A stretch of 58,275 nucleotides of DNA from positions 1-58,275 of the IMG/VR virus record IMGVR_UViG_3300042328_000969; one strand, given 5' to 3'. Positions 10,006 to 20,900 of this stretch are shown here, piece after piece. Source of the stretch: a virus. Its lineage: Duplodnaviria; Caudoviricetes. A program made the translations under genes and the position numbers. The notes beneath the pieces are model-generated. The model was not told the DNA's origin. It was given only the letters and a program-made list of their open reading frames with translations, and ran no database searches. Each line of letters starts with the position of its first letter. Position 1 is the stretch's first letter.

Positions 10006-10524
10006 TTAACCCGATACGCGAATCGACAAGTTTTTACTTGCCAAAATCATCGCAGTAGTTGCATTTTGTGATAATTGAACTGTGCGACCACGAACTAAAA
10101 TTGAGTTAGCAGTGACTAAGGTACGAGTGCCCGCAGCAACGGTTTTGATACATACATTATCATTAGTTACCGCTGTGCCGCTACCTGCGCCCACACCTGT
10201 TGCCGTAAATGTTACACCAACAGTATTAGACGGTGCGCCAATTGCAACATAATCAGTTGAGCCAATAGTCGCAATTGTATAAACTGTATCTGCAACAAAT
10301 GAACCCGCAGATACAGTATCGGTTACACCTTCATACCATTCAAATTTAGAACGGTCAGTAAAGTTTTCTACACAAACGTAACGTGGCTTACAGCCAATAT
10401 CTAATTCAACATAATCCGTTGCAACAATAGTTGTTGCGTCAAATGATAAACGAATGAAAGTATCCAATTGGAAATCTTCATCGTTTGTTTTACTGGTCAC
10501 TACATAAGTTGTATTTTCAGCCAT
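10006..10524 (-). CDS. Putative capsid decoration/cement protein
   Basis: 172 aa immediately downstream of the MCP; GCKPRYV motif; contains an inserted beta-module. Confidence 0.55.
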   Translation of the reverse strand: MAENTTYVVTSKTNDEDFQLDTFIRLSFDATTIVATDYVELDIGCKPRYVCVENFTDRSKFEWYEGVTDTVSAGSFVADTVYTIATIGSTDYVAIGAPSNTVGVTFTATGVGAGSGTAVTNDNVCIKTVAAGTRTLVTANSILVRGRTVQLSQNATTAMILASKNLSIRVSG

Positions 10525-10573
10525 TTCAAAATCCTCTGAGAATGCGCCAAGAATTAACTTGGCGCTAAATTAA

Positions 10574-11665
10574 TTAAAGTGCTTTTACGCCAGCGTAGCC
10601 TAAAGCCATCCACTGATTGTTTTCAATCATGACACCTTTCCACCAGATTGAACCGGCATAACCACGCTGACCGTGTGGATCAGATTTAGTTTTTTCACCC
10701 GCTGGGATGAAAGTAGGTGACATTGATTCTTTACCGCGTAATGCAATTTGCGAAAACGCATCTTGAGCAAATACGAAGAAAGGATATACGTCAATGCTTG
10801 TACCTAAAGTAGATTGGCAGAAACCAGAAGTTGTTGCATAAGCAGTATTTTGCGCATTTGCATTAGCAACACCAGCGCTCAATTGAGCAGGTAAATCTGG
10901 CGAAGTAATGAAACGGAAACGCTCAACACGACCAATTTCATTTGGCATCGGAGAACCGCTTGCGTATTGTGATGTTGGAATAAAGCCAGCAATATCACGA
11001 ATATCGGGTTCTAAATCAGTATGACAAACAACTACATAACCGCTTTCAACAGGCTGAGTAGCGATGTTTGGTGATGCTTTTAATGTATTGGTCACAGGGC
11101 GAGCATGGTTAGCTTGCATTGCTTTAGTGATTTTACGAATTAAAGACAAAGTTAACGGTGCTGCGGTTGTTGCAATAGAAGTAGAACTTGCGCCAGAGTA
11201 GAACACGTTAGTACACGCTTTTAAAGCACCGAATAGAATCATTTCGTTAACAAGCGCAACACGCTCACCAACTTGTTCCACCATTGCTTTAGGAATATCA
11301 TCTTCGTACAAATCAGCCACTTTATCAGTGAAGCTGTATAAGCATGAGTATTGATTGATTACCGCAGTAATGTCTTGCGCTACGATAGTATCCGCTTGCG
11401 GTGTAACACCTTCTTGGGTTAAGTGTGCGTTAGCCATCGCTGTACCACGATCACCAGATACGTTTTGGAAGAAGACATTTGGATTACCAGCAGTCGCGTT
11501 ATAAGGAACATAACGACGTGCTACATAAGTTTCACTTTGGTTTTTAGGCAAAGCAATTTGACGACCTTGTTTTGCTAATACTTCTAGCGCAACAGCGTGT
11601 TTTAAAATCTCGCCTTTGAATTTGTTAATTCTGGCGGGAGAAGTGTTATAACCTTGAATAGCCAT
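10574..11665 (-). CDS. Major capsid protein (N4-gp56-like, HK97 fold)
   Basis: LTQEGVTP, NEIGRVERFRFI and KSDPHGQRGYAG motifs; follows the scaffold gene. Confidence 0.9.
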   Translation of the reverse strand: MAIQGYNTSPARINKFKGEILKHAVALEVLAKQGRQIALPKNQSETYVARRYVPYNATAGNPNVFFQNVSGDRGTAMANAHLTQEGVTPQADTIVAQDITAVINQYSCLYSFTDKVADLYEDDIPKAMVEQVGERVALVNEMILFGALKACTNVFYSGASSTSIATTAAPLTLSLIRKITKAMQANHARPVTNTLKASPNIATQPVESGYVVVCHTDLEPDIRDIAGFIPTSQYASGSPMPNEIGRVERFRFITSPDLPAQLSAGVANANAQNTAYATTSGFCQSTLGTSIDVYPFFVFAQDAFSQIALRGKESMSPTFIPAGEKTKSDPHGQRGYAGSIWWKGVMIENNQWMALGYAGVKAL

Positions 11666-11674
11666 TTTAAAGCA

Positions 11675-11697
11675 TCCTTACGTCATCTCGACGTTAT
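11675..11697 (-). promoter_or_regulatory. Late-gene leader hairpin + RBS upstream of MCP
   Basis: Identical to 2369-2391. Confidence 0.7.
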
Positions 11698-11711
11698 TAA
11701 ATAAAAGTAAG

Positions 11712-12464
11712 TTAGTCTGTATTAAACCCTGCTTCAAAATCATCTTCGTAATTTTCATCAAACCCACCTGTGCTTTTTGGCATAACTGCCGATTCAAGTC
11801 GTTGATTTTTCTTACTTTTTTGTTCTTGATACAAAGCCTTGTCACGTTTATAAGCGCTAATTGCAGCGGAAATAAAACCAGAATCCCATGTAGTATCAAG
11901 TCTATCTTGAATATCCGCAGGTAATTGGTTCTTCCAACCGGTGAAATCTTGTGATTGTGCAATTGATTCCCAATCGGGATGCTCTCTTGCTACCATCTTC
12001 ATTTCAAAATTATTTTCTATTTGAGCGACCTTTTGCTGCAAAATGTAATCAATCTGATTTTGATCGATGCCACCATTTTGTTGCTGTAAAGGTATCTGCG
12101 ATAAATCCCTAGCTAAAGCATTTGCGAAATCTTCGCCAAATTCTTCTCGCATATTGGAAAACATCTCAGCAGTAACTTGGATAGGTTGAGCTTCTCTTGG
12201 TTGCGCGGACGATTGAGCCAGTGCTTCAAGACGCTTAACTTCTCGGTTAATCTCGCCAATTTTGCCAAATAATCTTTGGTTGTTTTGTTCAAACAATTCA
12301 CGAATCTGTTCTTCAGAAAACGATGGATTTTGTTCAATGATTTCTTGAATCGCTTCTTCTTTAATTTCGTTGGACGAATCTTCGCCAAACTCCTCAAAGC
12401 CATCAGCAAACGCATCATCAATTTCTAATTCAATGCTTTCTTCTTGTACTTGTGATTCTTCCAT
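11712..12464 (-). CDS. Scaffold protein
   Basis: Acidic, coiled-coil, HPDWE motif; lies between portal and MCP. Confidence 0.7.
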   Translation of the reverse strand: MEESQVQEESIELEIDDAFADGFEEFGEDSSNEIKEEAIQEIIEQNPSFSEEQIRELFEQNNQRLFGKIGEINREVKRLEALAQSSAQPREAQPIQVTAEMFSNMREEFGEDFANALARDLSQIPLQQQNGGIDQNQIDYILQQKVAQIENNFEMKMVAREHPDWESIAQSQDFTGWKNQLPADIQDRLDTTWDSGFISAAISAYKRDKALYQEQKSKKNQRLESAVMPKSTGGFDENYEDDFEAGFNTD

Positions 12465-12534
12465 TTTTACTTCCTATGCTTTCGCATTTTAGTCGCAGGG
12501 CATTTGCTGTGCGAGTTACAAATTGCAGGGGATA

Positions 12535-12726
12535 TTACTCGCCTACGGGTTTTTCTATAGACAGGAGATTCTTAATTTCAAGTATCTGCCCTCTAAGTCT
12601 ATCTGTTACATCCTGTGATTGAGGATTATCATTCTTTCTACGCAATTCATCCAGTCTTGCAATATGATATTCTCTAATTGCAATCCATGTGGGAGAATTT
12701 GTATCTACTTTAGGTTTTTCTATCAT
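12535..12726 (-). CDS. Small conserved protein downstream of portal
   Basis: 63 aa ending LRGQILEIKNLL, a pattern typical of small post-portal genes. Confidence 0.6.
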   Translation of the reverse strand: MIEKPKVDTNSPTWIAIREYHIARLDELRRKNDNPQSQDVTDRLRGQILEIKNLLSIEKPVGE

Positions 12727-13316
12727 TTACTACCTTCAACAGTAGAGCCATCTGGCAATAGGATATAAGTGCCTTTCTTTTCATAATTTGCAAAATAGTC
12801 TGCTAATTTCTCTGGAGATGTATTTTTTAAATTATGTTCAGATGGAATAAAAAGATTTTGATCTTTTCCACCACTTACCCATTTACCACCTTTTTCAAAT
12901 TCATTTGAATACTGACTTTGATCTGAAAAAGTAATATGACTTGGCATTTTAAAAGTATCTGGATAGTGTGTTTCCCCATCTTCACGAGGTTTTATCTTCC
13001 CTTCTTTTAATGCCTGTTCATATCCAGTGTAATCGTAATCTTTATCTGATGGAGGCGCTTGTTTTTCCCCGAGTGCTTCAGATACTAATTTCCCAACTTC
13101 TTTATTAGAAATTTCATCTTTATTTAAAATAGTTTCTAACGCTGCTTTTATTTCTTTTTTATCGGGAGTTTCCTCACCGCTATAGGCGTTGCGTAAAAAC
13201 ATTACTGCACGATCTTCATCAGTAGGCGGAGATTGCTTTTCTGGAGGACGAAGTATATATTCTTCCTCTTTACCATAACCTTCTTTAAAATCTTTTTCAG
13301 TAGTATCTTCAGCCAT
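12723..13316 (-). CDS. Hypothetical protein (HYPDTFKMPSHITFS...GGKW domain)
   Basis: 197-aa ORF coupled to both neighbours. Confidence 0.6.
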   Translation of the reverse strand: MAEDTTEKDFKEGYGKEEEYILRPPEKQSPPTDEDRAVMFLRNAYSGEETPDKKEIKAALETILNKDEISNKEVGKLVSEALGEKQAPPSDKDYDYTGYEQALKEGKIKPREDGETHYPDTFKMPSHITFSDQSQYSNEFEKGGKWVSGGKDQNLFIPSEHNLKNTSPEKLADYFANYEKKGTYILLPDGSTVEGSK

Positions 13317-13318
13317 AA

Positions 13319-15538
13319 CTATCTCTGATAAGCCTGCCCATTTGGCGCTCTACCTGCCGGTTCAGTGGGAGGAGTTAACACCTGTTTAGATAATTGCGTT
13401 TGTACGTTTAATTTTTGAGCTGTTTGCGCTAATTGAGATTTGATTTCAGCAACACTGATTTGAGTCGATTGCGATAGTTCCATAATCTTCATGTCGCGTT
13501 CCATCTGCTTCATTTGAATTTCGTGCTGACGATCAACCTCTGCCTGTTGCGCTTTAAATTTGAGTTCTTGCATAGCGAGCGTTTCTTTAACTTGCATCTC
13601 AGCCATATCAGTAGATTGCAAGAATTTTGCTTTATCCATCTCACCAGCAGCGCGAACTTTAGCCACTTCAATCTGACCTGCGACTTTAGGGTCTTGCGGT
13701 GGGTTTTGTTGTGCTTGCGCTTGCATCTGTTTAATTTCTTCTTCGCTAAATTTAAAGCGTTTACTGTCAAGGCGTTGCGCTTTAAATGCTTCATCAATCC
13801 ATTTAGCAGGATTGATTTGAAAAGCTGGGTTCATTACGAGAGCGCCTAATTGCATAATGGCTTGATGTTGCGCATCACGCTCAAACAGAACTGTTGATCC
13901 ACGAGCTTCAATATTAAAATCACCTTTCAATTGCTCATCACCGTAAAGCATAATCCATTCATAATAACGTGTAATATGTGGAACAGTAACGCGATCATCA
14001 AAGTTACGAGCAATGTTTCTGCGAATAGTTCCTGCGTTATTCTGAAGCATGGTCATGCCACCAACAGTATCTGGCGCATTGCCTTGTTGACCTTGTAGCA
14101 TCATCGGTAAGCCGGTAATGTCCTCAGCCATCTTTAGCGCGTACTGAATGATTGCCATCAAATCCTGTGTGATGATAGGAATAATGATTGAGCTTATTGC
14201 GCCACGCGCATCTTGTATTGGGGAATCGGGTGATAATCTAAGCAATGCACCACTACCGACTTCAACCAATCCACCATCAGCCGATTCAACTCCATCGGCA
14301 ATAATTGTGGTCGGTCTACCGCCTTTACCTGCATTATCAAGTAAATTACGAGTAGCCGCGTTGATGATGCGTTGAGGTTCTCTTACTTGTCGAGCAACAC
14401 CAATACCTGTCCAAGTATCGTTCATTGGTTGCCACACCATTACATCATAAGGGAACTCACCGCTTTCCAGTGGGTTCATGGTAGCTTTGATAACGCGATT
14501 ATTGACAATGACAACCACAACATCATAAGTATCGCTATCACCACAAGTACAATCAGCAGCTTCAAGGTCTTCTTTAGTAGCTTCGCCATAGTAGTACCAC
14601 ACTTCAAATCTATCGCCAAAGTTAGTCTTATCACGTTTCTTTTCTAAATCGTCGTCAGCACCTTCTTTAAGGACTAAATCAATTTGAGAAGAAATGTAAC
14701 CTTTTGCTTTGCGCAAATTACGCAATTCTTTTTTCGTAATATAATCACGTTCCCAAACAAAACTACCGCTGTGAATATCATCCCCACACGCAGGATCGGG
14801 ATAAAAGTTTCTTACGTCAATACGTTTTGATGCGGGACGAATTTCAATAACTTTAACATCCGCAACACCCTCTGCTTGCATTTCACCTTGAGGTGTCGGC
14901 ATTTGCTTTTGAAACATTTTATGTACAGAGTTTTGCTCATCAATAATTGGATAACAGCCTTTAACAACACCTGTACCCAGAATAGCTGAATCTCGAAGTA
15001 CCTTACGCACTTCACGATTCCAATGTGCTTCAACTAACCAGTCTTCAATTTGTTTTTGAGCTTCTTCTGCTTTTTTCTTTGCGTCTTGTTTAATCGTTTC
15101 TTCAAATTGCTCAACAGGCATTTGTTGATTCTTATACATCACGATACCGACATCAACGGGTTTTACTTGCAGTAACTCCATTGTGGCAGGTTTAGGCGTT
15201 GGGCGAACTTCAAAGTTTGCATCATCAACTGGAAGGAGCATATCAGCAAGTGACATGGCAGCAATATCTGTGTATTGCTTAGTGATATTCATAAACACGT
15301 TTGAGCCAATTCGCTTTCTATTTACACGCGAATAGCCGCCACGATCTACAAGATTTTTGGTAATGGAGGTACTGACTTCACCGCGATTGGCATCATCAAT
15401 ACCCTCATAATATTCACTGTCTTGATCCCAAATTTCTTCTATGCCCGATTTCTTACGAGCTTGGATAGCCTTCTGTCTTTTGGACAAAAGTGCTTTTCCG
15501 AATCGGTCTAGTCTGTCAATTTTAGAATCGTCTATCAT
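13319..15538 (-). CDS. Portal protein
   Basis: 739 aa with GTGVVKG and FYPDP motifs and a Gln-rich C-terminal barrel; follows the terminase. Confidence 0.9.
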   Translation of the reverse strand: MIDDSKIDRLDRFGKALLSKRQKAIQARKKSGIEEIWDQDSEYYEGIDDANRGEVSTSITKNLVDRGGYSRVNRKRIGSNVFMNITKQYTDIAAMSLADMLLPVDDANFEVRPTPKPATMELLQVKPVDVGIVMYKNQQMPVEQFEETIKQDAKKKAEEAQKQIEDWLVEAHWNREVRKVLRDSAILGTGVVKGCYPIIDEQNSVHKMFQKQMPTPQGEMQAEGVADVKVIEIRPASKRIDVRNFYPDPACGDDIHSGSFVWERDYITKKELRNLRKAKGYISSQIDLVLKEGADDDLEKKRDKTNFGDRFEVWYYYGEATKEDLEAADCTCGDSDTYDVVVVIVNNRVIKATMNPLESGEFPYDVMVWQPMNDTWTGIGVARQVREPQRIINAATRNLLDNAGKGGRPTTIIADGVESADGGLVEVGSGALLRLSPDSPIQDARGAISSIIIPIITQDLMAIIQYALKMAEDITGLPMMLQGQQGNAPDTVGGMTMLQNNAGTIRRNIARNFDDRVTVPHITRYYEWIMLYGDEQLKGDFNIEARGSTVLFERDAQHQAIMQLGALVMNPAFQINPAKWIDEAFKAQRLDSKRFKFSEEEIKQMQAQAQQNPPQDPKVAGQIEVAKVRAAGEMDKAKFLQSTDMAEMQVKETLAMQELKFKAQQAEVDRQHEIQMKQMERDMKIMELSQSTQISVAEIKSQLAQTAQKLNVQTQLSKQVLTPPTEPAGRAPNGQAYQR

Positions 15539-15617
15539 CTCTTAGTTCCAGTTAAAGGAGTTTGCTCTGTCATCACGACATGGCGTAACATCATCTCGAC
15601 GTTAATTATAAAGCATT

Positions 15618-15812
15618 TTAGATAATTTCGTTAATAGTTGCTTTCGCAATATCAATGACAGTATCTTGAGGAATTTCACGAATATTTTCAACGTGTTGCG
15701 CTGCGCCTGCAATATCACCATGTGACACATCAGTAACTGCGCCAGCCGCTTCATCAACGGCTTTCTTTGCGCCATCTGAAACCTTGTGAACCATATTATC
15801 AAAAAATGACAT
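15618..15812 (-). CDS. Small hypothetical protein
   Basis: GGAG RBS before ATG 15812; 64 aa between terminase and portal. Confidence 0.55.
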   Translation of the reverse strand: MSFFDNMVHKVSDGAKKAVDEAAGAVTDVSHGDIAGAAQHVENIREIPQDTVIDIAKATINEII

Positions 15813-15829
15813 GACTATCTCCAATTAAA

Positions 15830-17107
15830 TTAATATCCGACACCGCTATCATACGGTTGCCATCTTGGCGCAGCAACAGGAGCGCGTCTATCTTCATTGC
15901 TTAAACTCTCAGCATTGACTGCTAAATATCTAAAGGCATCTGCACTATGACTATAAGTGTCATGGAGCGGTGCGCCTGCTTCATTTGTTCTCGGGTTGAT
16001 ACTTCGACGGTAACGCTTTAAACATTCGAGCAATCGAATTGCGTGTACCTTATCAAAGTAACATTGCGAGAACATTAAACGAGCCGCCTTAATTCCCGAT
16101 TCAATTGGCATATTAGGCGTTATCTTTACTTTACGTCCAAATGCCTTTAAAAGTTCTTCTGTACTTTTACCGGTTTTAAAATCTTTAGTGCGCCCGTCAT
16201 GTGGCAGGTAATCATACCCCCAATTATACTTCTTACTATTCAATAGTCCAGCATAATAATCTAAGGTCTTGTGGTCATCCTCAATACTTTCAATAATCCG
16301 AATCTCACTTCGGACTTTTTGTACTAAGAGAATTGACATCGAGTCGTTCCAACCCAAATCCCAAATAGCATGAACTTTAAGTAATGGATCATAAGGAACA
16401 TTACAAATTCTGCCGTGCATCGTTGCAGCGTTAACTTCATTCGCATAAATAGCACCTGTTACAGCACTGCGGCATTTACCAAGCCAAATGTTATCATAAT
16501 CCTCTGGGTTTGTTGTCATGCAATGTAGACGCTCTGCTTCAAGCTCTTTAGGAAAATAAGGATTATCACCAAAGTTCATTTCAACAACAGTTGCACTCGG
16601 AGCAGGATTAAGTACAAATCGCGTGTAAGTATCATCCGTATCTAAGTCTGGATTGAAACTCACCCAAATCTCAGAATCATCTTTACGAATTGTCGGAATA
16701 AGAATATCCCAACTTTTCTTACTTACCGTTTGCGCTTCCTCTACCCATACAATATCACAGCCTTCAATAGACTTGATAGATTCAACTGTATGTTGCGCTA
16801 AACCGGCAAACATAAACAGCGATCCATTCATCCCACGAATCTCTGTTTCAAGGACAGTAAAGAATGCCCCAAGTCCAAGTCGTTGAATTTGATCGGATAA
16901 AAGCAAATGCACTGATTGCTTGATACTTTTTTGAATCTCCCGTGTGCATAATACGCGCATGGGTTTTTGAGCCGCTAAAAGAATCAGTGCTTGTGCAAAG
17001 TTATAACTTTTCCCGCTGCCCCTTCCTCCGTGTGCTACTTTATAGCGTTTCGGAGCAAACAAGAATTGGAGTTTCTCTGGGAAATGTACATCTAGGTTTT
17101 CAGCCAT
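15830..17107 (-). CDS. terL: Terminase large subunit (PBSX-like)
   Basis: Walker A GGRGSGKS, Walker B WVEEA, nuclease WDLG and HSADAFRY. Confidence 0.95.
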   Translation of the reverse strand: MAENLDVHFPEKLQFLFAPKRYKVAHGGRGSGKSYNFAQALILLAAQKPMRVLCTREIQKSIKQSVHLLLSDQIQRLGLGAFFTVLETEIRGMNGSLFMFAGLAQHTVESIKSIEGCDIVWVEEAQTVSKKSWDILIPTIRKDDSEIWVSFNPDLDTDDTYTRFVLNPAPSATVVEMNFGDNPYFPKELEAERLHCMTTNPEDYDNIWLGKCRSAVTGAIYANEVNAATMHGRICNVPYDPLLKVHAIWDLGWNDSMSILLVQKVRSEIRIIESIEDDHKTLDYYAGLLNSKKYNWGYDYLPHDGRTKDFKTGKSTEELLKAFGRKVKITPNMPIESGIKAARLMFSQCYFDKVHAIRLLECLKRYRRSINPRTNEAGAPLHDTYSHSADAFRYLAVNAESLSNEDRRAPVAAPRWQPYDSGVGY

Positions 17108-17576
17108 TGTTTATTGTCGTATCGGATTTAATGAAGTTTAAGGTAATACATGGTAAATCTGCACCATCCTTACCGCTGTGTTCAATCTTATCAACGAACA
17201 TACCCATATTCTTAGCAAGCAATTCACTGGCTCGAATACGCGCATCTAACTTAATATAATCACCATTTTCATCTTTGTTATTGCGAACGAGGTTAGTCCA
17301 AAATTCCTGTATCTCAAAAATAGATGCAATATTAGCCGCGTACTGTTCTCGAATCTCGGTCACAATCGCATGATGACTGGAAGTCACTTCTCCCATTTCT
17401 TTCCACGCTGCTTGCACATTAGGATTATTGAGAAGGGTATAGGCTTGTTTACTTGCCGCCTTATCTGAATATCCCGCTGCAATAGCCGCCTTAGTACCGT
17501 CCTGCCCATTACCTAAGTAATGGGTCAAGAAAGCACGTTGCTTGGAAGTGAGCTTGCTTAGAGCTTCAAAATCCAT
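17100..17576 (-). CDS. terS: Terminase small subunit
   Basis: LTSKQRAF...AAIAAGYS...LL HTH; C-terminal KIEHSG; overlaps terL. Confidence 0.9.
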   Translation of the reverse strand: MDFEALSKLTSKQRAFLTHYLGNGQDGTKAAIAAGYSDKAASKQAYTLLNNPNVQAAWKEMGEVTSSHHAIVTEIREQYAANIASIFEIQEFWTNLVRNNKDENGDYIKLDARIRASELLAKNMGMFVDKIEHSGKDGADLPCITLNFIKSDTTINNG

Positions 17577-17577
17577 A

Positions 17578-17901
17578 TTACATCATCGCAGGTCTAGTTG
17601 GTTTACCCATAGGTGCGGCTTGTGCTGGCGCACCGCCCATACCCATACCGCCTTCTTCACCGCCAAAGCCTTTAGTAAATAATGACTCAGCACTTGCTGA
17701 TTCCCCACCTTCTAAAAGACCTTTGGCAATTTTCAAAGCATCGTTAAGGTCACGCGCTTTTTGAACACCAGCACCCATACCTTCTGCCATACCTTCCATT
17801 GCGCCTTCACCACCTTCAGCCATTTGCTCTTGTTGGTTTTCAGTTTCAACAGTGTATTGACCTTGGGCATCGCGTGTAATTGTAACTGCTAATTCTTCCA
17901 T
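17578..17901 (-). CDS. Hypothetical acidic Gly/Met-rich protein
   Basis: 107-aa ORF with RBS upstream of terS. Confidence 0.6.
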   Translation of the reverse strand: MEELAVTITRDAQGQYTVETENQQEQMAEGGEGAMEGMAEGMGAGVQKARDLNDALKIAKGLLEGGESASAESLFTKGFGGEEGGMGMGGAPAQAAPMGKPTRPAMM

Positions 17902-17960
17902 CTTCTTTCCTAGTTAAAGGGCGCTACGGTATGTAGCGCCATGGGTATTATAAAACGTAT

Positions 17961-20900
17961 TTACTTTAATACATCAGTTTCATCTTTAAACTTTTGCTTC
18001 TTTTCTTTTACTCTTTCAATTCGAGCATCGTACTTCTCTCTAACAATTCCACGTTCTTCTTCACCTAAATTAGGATTAGCGCGTAGCTCTTTAGTTCTTT
18101 GGGCTTTAATACCTGTAATCATATTATTAAACGCTTCAATCTTTTTATGTCTTTCAAAATCTACATCCACGCTTTTAATAGATAAGCCGGTAAATAGATG
18201 AATAAATGCCTGTTCCTCTGTTTTCTTAGGTGAACCGTCTTTATTCATTATTCCTTCATAACTCGATGGCGATTGAGATTTAATAATAGTTGCAATATCA
18301 CCTTTTGAACCAAGCATTGGTGGCATCATCATGCCGTAAGTATATTCAAGAATTGTTTGCAATTTCTGCGCTGATGTATCATTTTCATCAATAATTTGCT
18401 TACCAGTAAATGTATCTCTGTTTGTATCAATAGCCACAACTGCTTGTGTTATTGGACTACTAAATACACCTATTGCATCTGCTAAAGTACGCAATTCTGC
18501 AACATCTTGATTACCTACTAATTTTGATAAGGCTTCAACCCCTTCCGCAGTTTTACCCCAAGGGAATAAGTTTTTCATATCAATTAACTGAGTTCTACCT
18601 GCGTCATCTTTCATTGGTAGAATCCAGACACTTCCTCCACGTTGCATACGCTCTGGTAATAATTTGAGAATAGCTTTTAATTTATCCTCACCGTCATCAC
18701 CAAAATCAGCCGCTGCCGCAAGAGATAATGCGTAACCTAGCATATAGTAAGGTAACAATGCAGTCGGTCTATTAGCAAGTGTTCTAAGCGTTGATTCAAA
18801 TGATTTTATTGTCCAAGTAATAAATGGAATACCCATTGGAACAGTTCTCAACCATTTTGCCCATCTAGGAATAAAGCTATAATCAAATAATGCACGATGA
18901 GCCATAACCGCTGCTGTTCCATCCGTAGCGCCTTTGGCTTTCATATCAATGAATTTTGCTACCTTAAAAATCATTTCAATATTTTGATGCAAGTTATTTG
19001 CACTTCTTACTGTTTTACCTGTTAAGTATGAAAGTTCTCTAAACAAATGCGTCATTGAAAACCAATCCATATCTTTATCGCTAAATTCAGCTTCATTCTC
19101 AAGTAACCAGTCAGTAATACCTTTCAGTTCTTGATTACTAAATGTGGCTTTTCTACCGCCCATATCCACCATTTTTTGGTAATTTTCACCATTGTTCAAT
19201 ACTTCTTTAAATGCTTGAATAACTCGCACAGGTACTTTATCAAATCTAACACCACTGGTATGAAGAAGAATACCGTTTGATAATAAGTTAGTTACCTGTG
19301 TTGGAATATTTACCGCAACATGAGAAAACTTAAAGGCGCTTGTAATTCTAGCGAGAAGTCCATTATTACCAAAGAAGTTTTCAAGCGCTGTTTGTTCACC
19401 TGTTGCACCATAAGTATTGATAGTACCTACTAAATCATCATAAATAAGTTTATGGACAACAAGTCCTCTAAGCGATCCATACTTAGCAACATTAGGCATC
19501 TTGATAAAATCACTTGGAATAGCATCCATATTTTGTAACGCCTGTGACGCTGCGCGTTTCATCATTTGCGCCAAATCCTGCATATCTTTTCTATCTTCTT
19601 CTGGAGCAGAGTAAGATTGGTCAAGAATGCGATCTGCTTCTTTATCTAAGAAATAAGGTGTAACTTTACGAACAACAGTTTTCTTAGGCGCACCTTCTAA
19701 CGCACTATTAGTTGCCTTATAATTAATTACCCCATCCTCATCAAATATGGCTGTTGGGCGATTAGTAGTAGCATCTAACTCAATATTGATAAGTGATTGT
19801 TTCCAAACCCATTTTTCATTATCTGAAATTTGGTTAAAGAATTCCATCATAGCAATATCGCGTAGTGGAATACTGATTGTGCGAGATGCTAAATAAGCAG
19901 GATTTTTAACTTCTCCTTTTAATAATCGACGCACTTCTTCGGGTAAATTATTATCACGTTTTTTAGCGTAACCCATTGACGATAAGGTTTTACCGCTTCC
20001 AAGTGATTGATATCTATCGCTACTTTGAATAATATGTTCCAAATATACGCGAGGTAAATAACGACCTTCATACATTTGATATGATTCTATTGGAATAATA
20101 TTGAACTCAACTAATTTCTTACCGATGATTTGGATGGCTTCTTTTAAATCTTTAGCCACCTGTGCCATTTGACGATCCATAATAAAATCAGTGGTAGCTT
20201 TATTATCAGTCAAATAAGTATAGATTTCTTTGGAATCTTCTTTAGTCGCATTTTGCAAAGTATCAAATACATTGCGGACAATATCATCAACATTATCAAT
20301 CTTACCTAATGTTTTGTAACGCATACCTAGGTATTTACCAAGTTCGGGTAAATACCCCATTGTAGTTAAATACTTATCGATAAGCTCATTAGATTTATCA
20401 TTGAGTCTGCGGAAACTATCAAATCGACGAAGCTGTTGAGTTACCCAATCCTTTTCTTCTTCAAGAGAAACATCGTCTGGGTAATTATCTTTATTATCAA
20501 CTTCTTCTGGAATAGGTTTGGCATTTTCATAAGCCGTATAGCCTGTAGAGCGATTGACAATCTCGCCTTCTTTGGCCGTATCCTCGGTAGATTGTTTTTT
20601 AGATTTACTAAACTTAATAGAGGATGTTGCTTTCTCACCTTTATAAGTTTCAGCTCTAGCATCAAACTTAGATTGGTCTAAAATAGTTACATTATCACCA
20701 TCACGCGCTTTATTATAATTAACAAAGAAGCCTTTGGTACGTTCAGTTGCATCCTCAGTGCCACCAGTGTTGTCTTTATTGGTTAAACCAATAATCATAC
20801 CGATACCATCAGCACGTTTAGGGTCTAAGAAACGTGCATCGTAATTATCACCATTCCAGACTTGATACACTTTACCTGTCGCTTCATCAGTAACAGTTTT

